A DNA stretch of 60,240 bases, counting the filler, from Dugesia japonica (taxonomy: Eukaryota): the NCBI GenBank assembly GCA_001938525.1. It is 5 parts of 5 records of this genome, joined end to end, with 100 filler letters (N's around TTAATTAATTAA, not from the genome) between each part and the next. Parts side by side here need not be neighbours in the genome. Positions count along the whole stretch, not along the records: positions 22,696 to 33,237 come from MQRL01574895.1; positions 33,338 to 44,208 come from MQRL01571321.1; 3 more parts are not named here. One strand, written 5' to 3'. How positions within the stretch are numbered: the first letter of the stretch is position 1; every line of letters begins with the position of its first letter. The notes below the pieces were generated by a model, which saw only the letters and a program-made list of their open reading frames with translations, was not told the DNA's origin and did not search any database. Below, one piece after another: positions 26,971-38,179 of the stretch. A program made the position numbers and the translations under genes.

Positions 26971-27399
26971 TATGTAAATTTAAATACATTTGTTTCAATA
27001 ATATGATATAACGTGGACAAATGTTTTCAATAAATAAATATTTTAAGTGTTTAACTGTTATTAATGCAGATCGATAAGAAAAATGTTGTAAAAGGAGACC
27101 ACGCAAAAAATGTTATTGCTGTAACGAGACAAAAACAGAAATTTATTTTCGACGCTCTACTAAAGAAAACTTTATAGTTGATCAATTGAAATAATAAGAA
27201 GTATGATGGTAAGGATGCATTGGATGATTTAAAATAGTTCAACGATTTTAATTGGCTTAGTATTTTTGATTTATTGTTGTCGAGTGAAGGTAATGGAGTC
27301 AAGATGGAGGAAGCCAAGAAATGGTTTATAAACACATTTACATTCAATAAAAATCGTTTTCGGAGCCGATTTTGAAACTAGTAATATTTAGACAGGGAT

Positions 27400-27750
27400 C
27401 TTCAAAAATCGTGTAATAATGTAGTAGCCCTAGTTATAAGAAAAATATGTACATGGAAATGAACTTGACAATAATAGAACAAGAGATCTTTACGAAAAAC
27501 ACACATTACAATAAAACAATAAAACAAGTTTGTTCACGATCATGACTACTTTACCGGAAAATATTTCGGAGCTGAATGCAATCATTGCAACTTATCACTC
27601 AAGATTAGAATAGAATTACCTGTTGTTTTTTATAACTTAAAATGTTATGATTCACCTCACATCATCAAATCTGCGTTTTACCAATTTCCACATTGGGATC
27701 TCAATCCAATCGCACAAACAACTGAAAGGTTTTTGGCAATTTTCGCANNN
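27400..27750 (+). mobile_element. Polinton protein-primed DNA polymerase B remnant
   Basis: HDHDYFTGKYFGAECNHCNLSLK...LPVVFYNLKCYDSPHIIK matches the DHCHxTGxYRGxAHxxCN...PVxFHNxxGYD pattern of pPolB. Confidence 0.8.
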
Positions 27751-27984
27751 NNTGGAAGTCGTGTTCTAAAATGAAAAGAGTTTTTAAAGTGAGCCAATGC
27801 AAAATTTGTTTTAAAAGAATTAATAATAATTCAATTTAATTAGAATTTTATAACAAGATGGACCAATGAATATTTTAGTTTTCGGCATCACATTCTCGAA
27901 TTTTCAGAATGGAATAATCCAATTCTTATTAAATTTTGCCTTAGTAGCAATCCAATTTTCTAATCGTAAAAATAAAAAAAGTCA

Positions 27985-28017
27985 ATTCCTGACGAAGACA
28001 AAGTCGAAAAATCGAAT
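27985..28017 (+). ncRNA. Minimal type I hammerhead ribozyme motif (Penelope-associated)
   Basis: attc-CTGACGA-a-GAC aaa GTC-GAAA-aa-TC-gaat: conserved core, 3-bp stem II, stem I attc/gaat, vestigial stem III. Confidence 0.6.
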
Positions 28018-28224
28018 CAATCTAAAAAAAAACATAAATATTTCAAAAGCCTTGCCACGATTTGATTTTCAATACGTTTGTTATATTCGTCGTCGTGAAA
28101 AATTAAAATACATTATAAACTAGTTATTGTATATCGCTTATTCTAAAAATTATTCGTTTATAAAAATGTTGTATAATTATTAAAAATAGTCTAAAAACAT
28201 GATAAAGCCATATATTACTAAATA

Positions 28225-28610
28225 AATAATTGAACACCATTTTTTTAAAATATTTATTAGTTTCGATCAATTTTCACGGAATAACCCCTCATCATCATTC
28301 AACTCAAGATTATTAAAACAAATTATTCACAAAGTTTAAATAATTATATAATTTCAATTATGCAATCTCAATAAATAACCAATAAATTAATTTTAAGAGC
28401 GATGTTGAATCCGTCAACTAAAAATTAATTTTAGTATTTAATTCTCTTATCGACAAAGCTTCAAACATAAAGCTCCGAATAATTATTAAGTCCACTGCAC
28501 AATATCAGAAAACTACTGGTTTTATAAATTTTCTTCGATGCTCAACAATATTACTATTTCCACAATTTCGACTATGCTCTTTATAGGTCTTTATCAACCA
28601 TCTTTAACGT
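28225..28610 (-). mobile_element. Penelope-like element 3' end (GIY-YIG C-terminus plus pseudo-LTR)
   Basis: Minus-strand KEHSRNCGNSNIVEH...FEALSIRELNTKINF*LTDSTSLLKL; inverted relative to 31335-31550. Confidence 0.7.
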
Positions 28611-28614
28611 GGTG

Positions 28615-31334
28615 GAGGCCTCTCCAATACCTACAATAACAAAACGAAAGCAAAACTCATAAAAAATATCTATGATAGAATAGAACATTCTAAACTCTAC
28701 TAAAACATCTACTCATCTATCTAAATATGACATTGAAAAATTCTACAGCCTCAAATCCATTGAGTACCCTGATACAGACAGGTACTCTTCTCTTCTATCA
28801 AACGAGGCCCGGTCTTTGAATTCAAGCAAGTCTCTTCTGAAACCATAACCAAAATCCTCAGGAAGACCAAAAACTCTTGCCCGGGTATCAGCAATGTCAC
28901 CTACAACAACATTCGGCATTGTGATCCTAAAGGTTAACTTCTGAGCACCCTTTTAAACAAGATTATTATCTCTGGGGATATTTCAGCAAGGTGGAAAGAA
29001 TTCAACTCTTCTCATTTCTAAGCCGCACAAGGATGACAATTATAGTAGCATTGAATCTTGGAAACTTATCGCTTCTTTTGAATGTATCTTTAAATTGTTC
29101 ACCTCATGTCTTACTGATTAGATCTCTTCCATGACAGTCATCAACAGTCTCATCTACCATCTTCAGAAAGGCAGCGATACTAGCGATGGCTGCGCCGCGC
29201 ATATTAGCATTCTTTGATCTATTCTTGAAGAAAACTTTTCCAAAATGGGGGACAATGCTTTTTAAATAGCCTTCCTCAATATATCTGATGCTTTTGAGTC
29301 TATTCCCATTCAACATATTGCTGGCATCCTTACTACTATGAAAATGAGACACTCATTTATAGATCTCATTCTTGGTCTATACTCTGAGTGTTCTTCACTT
29401 TATTCCTNCTCCAACATCACAACAACTCCTATCAAAATCAATAGAGGAGTTCGTCAGGGTTGTCCACTTTCAATGTTATTATTCAACATTGGTCTCAACC
29501 TTATTCTCAATGAGATATCAAAAATAGAAGGATTTGGTGTCTACATTGGGGATCAGAAAGTCAAATATATGGCATACGCTGATGATATCGCCATCTTTGC
29601 TCCAGCCACGATGATCTTCAGTGTATGGTAAATTTGGCAAACCATTGGGTCAAGTGGAGCCATAAAAAAAATTTAGCGTGGCAAATGTGGATATCTTACC
29701 AACGATATGTGCGAGAACAACTCTATCACAACTGACTTGCACCTTATTCTTTTTGTCCATAATGACAAGAGTTATAGATATCTTGGAGTCGAAATTAATC
29801 ATAATTCAAAGAACTGCCCTACTGAAGTTCTCGAGAAAATGATCAGCAATTTTCGTATTATTATCGATTCAATTATCTTGCCATGATAGAGGATCAATGT
29901 ATACAAATTTTTTTAACACTTGTGGCTTATCTTCTCATTCCGGAATCACAACATTCCTACTATTCAGCTAGATAACCCGGAAAATAAGAATTATATTGAT
30001 CGACAGCTCCGACAAATAATCAAAAAAGACATCCTTCACATAAGTATTAGAACAACGAATGCCTACCTATAAACTTTCATAGATCTTGGAGGTATAGGTC
30101 TTATTTCTTGCAGAGACGAGTATGCTGTTCACGCAATTTCTTAAGCCTTTAAAGAAACCTGGTCTGATAATACCGCTGCAAAGATTGCCAGATATAGCCT
30201 TAAAAAAGCTATTATGAAAAGCAAAAAATCAATTGATTATGTTTAGTGAAGAAAGCACTTGACTGGCTCAATGAAGGTAAATATGAATCTGAAATTAAAG
30301 TCTACTGGACAAAAAATCAGAAGCAACATCCAATATTTGGCAAAAATTGCAAGATAACTGTTGCTTTTAGTCACTTCGAAAAGAAAATATGCTTTCAATT
30401 CAGTTATTTACATAAATCAATCATACTTCTTCCAGATGCAGCATGACTGTCTTCTCTGAAGTTGTACGAACTCATCGGACTATTTCAACTCCTGGACGGA
30501 TCAAAAAATGACAGGCTATTCAGCAAGCTCTCTTTCATTGTGCAAAACCTTCAACCAAATCCTCCACAATGGTGCAATTTCAATCTCTTATTGGAAATTT
30601 ATGCACAGTGCGAGAACTAACTCATTACCAGCCAATGATCGTTTGAGTAAACCTGTGGAGGATCGCAATTTTCGGCATTGAACATCAGCTCCAGAAACTC
30701 AGATGCACATTTCTTTTGGTGCAAACATAACCAATACTATCTTCAAAAGACACATAATGCAATCCTTCAATTAGTCTTTGAGACAATTTCTTTTGAGAAA
30801 CCTTTTCTCGATATTATTAAAGATTCTTCTTGTGGTCTCTCTAAAATCAATCTTCGGGTCGATCTTCAAATCGAAATCAGTCCAAAAAGATCTTCTGGTT
30901 AGTAGACATCAAAACACCTTATGATGTCAAAAACCGGATGGATAGAATAAGATTAAAAAATAAAGAATACTACAAAGAGCTTCAATCAGAAATCACATCG
31001 CATCTTCCTGATTCTGAAGTCATTCTCAAAAACCATTGACGTAGGTTGTTTGGGCACCTGGTCTCCTGAGAATNATTATATTTTGAGAAATATCGGACTT
31101 TGCTTGACTGCAATCAAAACTGTAAAAAGTGATTGTATCATATCTAACATCAAATAGAGCAATGAAAACTGGAAAGCTCATAACACGTACTCAATGAGCG
31201 AAGAGAATCCGGCTATAATATAAACTTTAAAAAATGAACTGATCATCCATTAAAATTTATAAACTGATTAAGTCTTGTAATTTCTGGCTTTTGCCATTTT
31301 GTGATACTCGAAAATAAATCTTTATTTTATCATC
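28615..31334 (+). mobile_element. 5'-truncated degenerate non-LTR retrotransposon, RLE type (NeSL/R5-like)
   Basis: RT: KNSCPG, QKG...DGC, AFLNISDAFESIP, RGVRQGCPLSMLLFN, MAYADDI, YRYLG, GGIGL. C-terminus: WKFMHSARTNSL, ETQMHI, THNAIL, LRVDL, VDIKTPYD, GCLGTW. AATAAA near 31313. Confidence 0.9.
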
Positions 31335-31550
31335 AATCCTAAAATTAATGTTCATTTGACGGATTCAACATCGCTCTTAAAATTATTTTATTGATTATTT
31401 ATTGAGATTGCATAATTGAAATTATAATCATTTAAACTTTGAAAATACATTGTTTTAATATTCTTTAGTTCTCTGATGATGAGGGGTTATTCCGTGGAAA
31501 TTAATCGCTATTAATAAATATTTTAAAAAATGGTGCTCTATTATTTATTT
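31335..31550 (+). mobile_element. Penelope-like 3' end / pseudo-LTR with hammerhead-like core
   Basis: NPKINVHLTDSTSLLKLFY*; CTGATGA...GAAA at 31473-31500; inverted repeat of about 28225-28440. Confidence 0.7.
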
Positions 31551-33237
31551 AAAAAAACTACCATTCTTTTTTTGAATTTTTTTATAGTATTACTTTCAAT
31601 TATTTTTTTAAATATATTGACTTTGATTACATTAACTAAATTTTATTAACTTTTAATTAATTATTTTTTTTATTCAATATTTTCGATTTTTATCAATTTT
31701 ATAAAAAACTTTGTTTTAAATGTAGTTGACAAACATGATTTTATTTAATACCACGGCTTGATATTAGTTTGCAAATGTAATATATAATATAAATATTAAT
31801 ATAAGCAAAAGAAAATCACCATAGAAATTATGACTCTACAAAATTAATATTTAATTTAGTGAAATTATTGATTACTTATTATTTATTATCTTATCGATTT
31901 TATTTTTAATCTAATGAAATAATCAAAATATCTCTTTTCATTCAACATTTTCCTCTTTTATTGAGAGAAGTAACAAATAATAAATCTGAACTGAATACTT
32001 AAAATAAAATATTTCAATTTAATAAATAAATTAAAATAAAACCAAAACAATTTCTAATGAAATTGAAAAAACCATAAAGAATAAAATTTAATATATTACT
32101 ACCGAAAATATTAATCAGTAATAAAAACTTAAAAATAGAAATTATTAAATTTAAACAAAAAAAAATCATTGCAACTTAAAATATTTTACATCATGCTTTT
32201 CGTTTAGATTATCTAATTCACCAGTTGAGATTTACAATAATTATACGATGAGAAAATCAATAAGATTAATCCGGTTCTAAAACCGTATGGTCTTATTATA
32301 TGTCTATAAGAAATAAGGGGAAAAAAATTAAGAGTTAAATAAACAAAAATCTAAAATTTCTCAAAATCGAAAATTATGATGCTAATTAATTATTTTGAAA
32401 CAAATATGTGGTCATAATTAGTTATTATTAGTTGATGTATTTTGTAGTAAAATGAATTTTCTAGAGTTTTGTTTCTTAGTTTTTTTTTTTCTAATTTTTA
32501 ATATTTTAATCGAAATGACTTATTTTGCGGAATTACAGAGTTTGAAGAAGCATTAACTGAAATAATTCATTTGGACTTACCATCTTCATCCTATACTAAG
32601 TGGTCTTAGTTAGCCATGCATTTCGGGAAGCACGCAATCGAATCTACTCAACTTTAATACGAGAAATACAACCTGTTATGCCTCAATCAATGGGACTCAA
32701 TGACAGTGAACTGAATGAATTTATTTTAGTGCTATGCCACTATTCTATGACAAATGAATCAAATAATTTGATCAAAAATTGCATCAACTCATTTACAAAT
32801 TCAGTTTTTTTTTGGTATTTTCAAAAATAAATTTAAATTAATTTAATTAATATTATTTTTTTATAATTTATTCCAATGATTATTTATATATAAATTCAAT
32901 TTAATTAGGTAGACATTTGTTTGTTGTTTTTTTAAAAATTTACTGAAATTTTTTTACATATTGGATTATTCAATATTCATCTCCATTAATGATTTTTAAA
33001 AAAATTGATTTTCAATTATATGCTTCAAAAAATGAAATATTCAATACTTTTTTAGAAATGATTTTCTCTATTTTTTGTATCAAAAAATTAAGATTATTTT
33101 CATATCTTTGTAAAAATAAAATTACATGTTTCGTTAATAAAATATAATTGTTTTGTGGGATTTATTTTAACTATTTTAGTAAATTAGGATTTCTATTAAT
33201 TTCGTTAGATATGCAAAAAAATTAATAATAATAATAA

Positions 33238-33337
33238 NNNNNNNNNNNNNNNNNNNNNNNNNNNNNNNNNNNNNNNNNNNNTTAATTAATTAANNNNNNN
33301 NNNNNNNNNNNNNNNNNNNNNNNNNNNNNNNNNNNNN
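33238..33337. other. Artificial scaffold linker
   Basis: 44 N + TTAATTAATTAA + 44 N. Confidence 0.97.
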
Positions 33338-33688
33338 TTTTTATTTTAGCATTAATTTAGAATATTTTATTAATTTTTTTAAATAATTAATTTAATTTAA
33401 TCTAGGCACAATACGCGATATCCATCGCGTACGCGTAGTTGCTTTATTTGCACTACTCACAGTATCTAAACATACCGTTAACAAATCTATAGATCAATAT
33501 ATTTCAGGAACTTGAACGCGCTACTATACCAGCTTTACGGGCCATGAACTAATCAATAGATCAATTTTCCATCTTTTAAGAACATATAACTTAAGTAGTA
33601 ATTCCAAAACTGTAACCTTAATTATTATAATATTTAATGTAAAATATTTTTATTTAGATAGAAACGTTTTGCTTTTTATGGTAAAGTA

Positions 33689-34979
33689 TTAGGTAGTTGC
33701 ATTAATTCTCGCTGTTTTTTAATAATAAGAAATGTAAATAAAAAATCCAAATAAATTAATTTTTACTTAACATCTCATTCAAAGTAGCGTTTATTATTGC
33801 TAATAACATTTTCCCACGTTTCTGGCAACAAATGAATTTCACGATAAAAAAAATTTCTTCCTTGGAATTTACCCAATAGTCAAGCTATTTCTGGACATCA
33901 TAATGATTGTTGAAGTGCTGTTCACAAAGGCAATGTCGTATTGAGCGAAAAAGGTGGTAATCACTTGGTCCGATACCTGGTGATTATGACGAGTTTGGTA
34001 AAACTTCCCATTCGAATTCTTATATCGTATTCCTCATTAAAATCGAAGTGTGGAGTCAAGCATTATCATTCAGTAACAACGCCGACACATGTCTATTGGA
34101 ATAGTCTGGCCGTTTTTCGTGCAATGCTTGCCTCAATTTTATTAATTATTGTTGATAACGCCGACCATTAACTGTTTCACTTTGTTAAGAAGCTCAAAAT
34201 AAATAATCCCCTTTTGATTCCAATAAATGGATAAAATCACCTTGTTTCCATGCAAGTCTCGTTTTGATGCTGCTTTTACAGGTTGACCAGGCTTCACCCA
34301 TAGTTTTCTTAGTTTCGGATTTCCATAAAGAAATCCATTTTTCATCACAAGTAACAATGCAATGTAAAAAGGACTTTTCCTTTGTCTGTAGAGCAGTGTC
34401 TGACAAATGTCTAATAATTTTGTGATATCTGCTTCTTTCAATTGATGAGGCAACCATTTATCAACTTTCTGTTTGTATCCAATGGTTTTTAATCATCTGC
34501 TTATGGTAGATTTATTTACATTAATGATTTCTGACTTTGTTTCAACTGTTTCGGATCGATCTTTGATCAACAATTTTTCCAAATCTTCAACTGAAAAGTG
34601 CTTTGGTTGACCTGGACGTTGTTTATCCTGCAAATCAAAGTCATCCATTTTGAATTGCCGAAACCATTCTCGACATCATGTTTCAGATAGAGCATGGTTG
34701 CCATAAGCTTCTGAAAGCATCATATGACTTTCTGCAGCAATTCTTTTGAGATGAAAACAAAAAAGCAACGCCTCCCGCAAATTTGCGTTTTGAAATAAAA
34801 CTAGTCATATTAAATGGATCGGTTTTCGTTTGTGTACAACTTAACTAAATAATATACCATTATTTTAACATTCAAATATTAATACTTAACAAATCTTAGC
34901 GATTGATTTAAATTAATGCTGAAATATTTAAGAAGTTAGTTAATTAAAACAAACAGCGATAATTACTGCAACTAACTAA
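33689..34979 (-). mobile_element. Full-length decayed mariner transposon (Mos1/mauritiana-like), about 1.29 kb
   Basis: TIRs ttaggtagttgcattaattctcgctgttt and aaacagcgataattactgcaactaactaa; TA on the left. Transposase from ATG 34808: LREALLFCFHLK, REWFRQFK, IVTCDEKW, DNA, DYHLF. Confidence 0.93.
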
Positions 34980-35589
34980 CAGAAATATTTCTAAAATATA
35001 TTAAAAATCAAGAAAACAAGCGAAAAGATAAAACATTTTTGTGTAAACATTGTGCAAAAAATTATAAAATTAACTTAAACAAATTTTTACGAGACACATT
35101 GATTGACATATCAAAAGAAACGAGCGTTAAACGCTCAGCACGATTCAATTAAGCATTTTCAAAAATATTTAATATTGACAAAGTTATGCTAGATTAAAGA
35201 TTTTTGGTGGCTTTGACTTTGTTTATTTTAATGATTTACAAAATATATTATATGTCGTTAAACGAAGAGAACGAAGAGTACATTAAGGAATATATTTTAT
35301 TTATTGTAATTGATTTAATATCAAATGAATAAAAATCATTTGAATATTTAAAAATTTAGTTAACCAAGTATTTTATAAATTATGTAATTAATTGAATTAA
35401 ACTACTGGAAAATCAGCAGTAGAGAAAATTTTTGGCAAAATATTTTTGAAAATTTTTTTCATCTTGATCAATAATTAAACTAAAATTGCTGTAAAATTAA
35501 TAAAAAAATTTAGCAAACCTTTCGAAAAATATAAATAATAATTTGGTTAACTTTTCAAAACTTTAAACAAAATAAATATATCAAGCGAA

Positions 35590-36010
35590 ACATCGCTACT
35601 ATAAGGGCTTTCACCACTATAAGCCACAATCGCCGATATAAGCGCACTTAAAGCTATAAATAGCACTATCGCCCCAATCGGCACTGTTAACGCTATCACG
35701 GCTTTACGGCACAATTGCCACCATAAGCGCCATAACCGCTTTAAGCAACAATCGTAACTATAGGCTGTAAAAAATCAAACAATAATTATCAAATTAATTA
35801 ATCATAAGCATTAGTAAGCCCCACTCCAAGCTCCACCACTAGAAGCTATAATTGCCACAATTAACGAAATTCCCGCAATAAGCAACAATCGCCACTATAC
35901 GCAGTCTTAGCGCTATGACATCTATATGCACAAATGTCACTATAAGCGCTCTTAACGCTTTCAGTGCTATAATAACTATTAGAGCAGAATAACTATTATA
36001 ATGACGCTTT
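35590..36010. repeat. Degenerate 9-bp-period repeat array (two blocks)
   Basis: Units such as gccactata, agcgctata, accgcttta; blocks at about 35590-35765 and 35835-36010. Confidence 0.7.
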
Positions 36011-36014
36011 ATAT

Positions 36015-36994
36015 AGTAGGGTAAAACTAACATGTCTCACAAAGGTCTAAGCCCAGCTCACGTTCCCTATTAATGGGTGAACAATTCAACGCTTTGCGAA
36101 TTCTGCTTGGCAATGATAGGAAGAGCTGACATCTAAGGATCAGAAAAGCGACGTCGCTATGAACGCTTGGTCACCACAAGCCAGTGGTGGGGCTTCCGCC
36201 ACCGAAGAGAGGTATTGAACTTAAGGAGTTCTACAGGAGTTCCCAGATAATGTCTCAACTGTATTCACACTTAAGTCTCCTCACCGCTCCTTTGACCTCT
36301 CGATCTTACAGCAGTCCAGGTCGAGAATGTCCATCTATGGTCTCTAGTTCCATAATTCAGCATTTCTTTTTTGCTATTTATAATCTTTTTACACCTTCTA
36401 TAGGGATATTTGAATGGCGTTCCTTTTAGCTCTCTTTCTTTTGTTTCTATAGATCATTCATTTTAGTAACTTTTCTGACATTTCTTGCTTTAAACTCTAA
36501 ATTAATCAAAATGATCGATAGGCCATGCATTCACTGTCAGTATTGGTACTGAAAATCAAAATCAAGAGAGCTTTTCCCCTTTTAGTCAAAATTAGGTTTC
36601 TGGGACATATGTTACCATTTGACAGATTTACCGCCCCAGTCAAACTCCCCACCTGACACTGTCCTCAGAACACTTCGACAGTAACCGAGGATTACCATCT
36701 TTTCTCCACAAATTAATTAACTTAAGTTAATTACACTGCATTACTGAGTAAGTAAAGAAACAATAAGCGTTTCACTTACGACTTGCGTCTCCAACTTATA
36801 CTACACCTCTAATGTTTCCCTACAAAGTCGAACTAGAGTCAAGCTGAACAGGGTCTTCTCTCCCCACTATATTTACCAAGCCCGTTACCTTGGCTGTAGT
36901 TTCGCTAGATAGTAGATAGGGACAGTAAGAATCTCGTTAATCCATTCATGCACGTCACTAATTAGATAACGAGGCATTCGGCTACCTGAAGAGA
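36015..36994 (-). rRNA. 28S rRNA: 28S (LSU) rDNA pseudogene fragment, domains IV-V, interrupted at 36186-36465
   Basis: Reverse complements of conserved LSU motifs: agtagggtaaaactaac, cccagctcacgttccc, ccgccccagtcaaactcccc, gaatctcgttaatccattcatg, gaggcattcggctacc; many substitutions and deletions. Confidence 0.96.
36186..36465 (-). mobile_element. 280-bp insertion at the 28S peptidyl-transferase centre, probably the 3' end of a 5'-truncated non-LTR retrotransposon
   Basis: Replaces about 8-10 nt (CAGGGATA) of the conserved GTTACCACAGGGATAACTGG; minus-strand frame 36453-36271 with a decayed C2H2 finger; 85-nt 3' UTR ending in a GC-rich hairpin. Confidence 0.7.
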
Positions 36995-38110
36995 ACAAAG
37001 AACCAAAAGGAACCAGTGGCGATTAATATAAAATATTAATCAAACTGATTCAAGGAGTACAGTAGAGGTAGAGCTGACCAAGTAGCAATCGAATTTCAAC
37101 CCAAGGCTAAGACTTGTAACTTGAATATTTCTTTCTCTATCATTCATGTATTTCGCTTATTTTTTAGCATGATCAATATATTTGTACCAAACTTCAGCTG
37201 AGATTTTAATAGTTGCAGAGCAGCAAAGAATAGCAATTTTGTCAAAGTCAGAGCTAAGAAAACCAATACTATGGAGCAATGTTCTATTAGGTTGATACCA
37301 AGAACCAATCACTCCAACAATATAGGTGTTCAGAGAACAATTCCATTTGCTACCTAGCTGAATATTGGCACGATCAATGATTTCTTTATATTTTTCCAAT
37401 TTTATTTCATGATTACCTTTAAAGCCGATATCAGTGTCAAATGGTGATTTAACATCAATAACAATATATTATTTTTTTGATTAATTTATCATTTGAATAT
37501 CAGATCTAAACTTAGAAGTATCTTGTTTTGGAATACCTTCTCTAATAATTTCCCAATCGTTTTCTATAAGACGAAGGCTATAGTAGAGAATATCCAAAAT
37601 AGTGTCATGTCTCTGGTTGATTAATCTATTAACTTTGATGCAAACACAAACGACATGAGATGCCGTTTCTAAATTCATTTTGCAACTTTAGCACAATTGA
37701 AAGCTTTTAGAATGACATTTTTGCCTTGTGAACAAAATACCAGTCATTGGCATTCAAGATTTATCCATTTATGAATAACCTGTTGAATTTACTATCGTTT
37801 GAAATATTGTTGGCACAAAGACCAGCACTAGGTTGATTAGTCCATTTGGTAAAATATTCATTTTTGTAGCAATTGTATAAATATTCACAAATTTCATTAC
37901 TATTCACTTCAAAGAATCGGTCTTGCACTTTAAAACTGAATTAAGAAACAAGAAGATCAGTCTCTTCATTGATTGCACCAAAGTAAGAGATATTCATTTC
38001 TCTCAAATATTCGATAGCTTTTGCAATTTTATACCACCAGGTTTTACATTTGATATTTCTGACATCATTAAGAGTTTTCAGTAATCAGGTACTCGATTAA
38101 TATTAATGAT
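36995..38110 (-). mobile_element. R5-like (NeSL clade) 28S-targeting non-LTR retrotransposon, 3' portion
   Basis: CCHC/RLE motifs ETASHVVCVC...RHDTIL...FRSDI...IDVKSPFD...KY...VGVIGSW; 3' junction 8-10 bp upstream of the R2 site AAGG/TAGC, same orientation as the rRNA. Confidence 0.88.
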
Positions 38111-38179
38111 TTTCTTTTAAATATTTTGAATTAATGTGTCATACATATATATATATATATATTCGATGAAAACATTTAC

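Noticed and set aside
36186-36465. Group I intron at LSU position 2449
   Set aside because: The site is adjacent, but exon bases are deleted, the insert does not end in G, and no convincing P7 core (R/S elements) is visible.
36015-36994. Functional rRNA gene
   Set aside because: Only about 700 nt of LSU, with substitutions in invariant motifs and an insertion in the PTC.
36995-38110. Canonical R2 element
   Set aside because: The junction is 8-10 bp upstream of the AAGG/TAGC R2 site, which fits R5.
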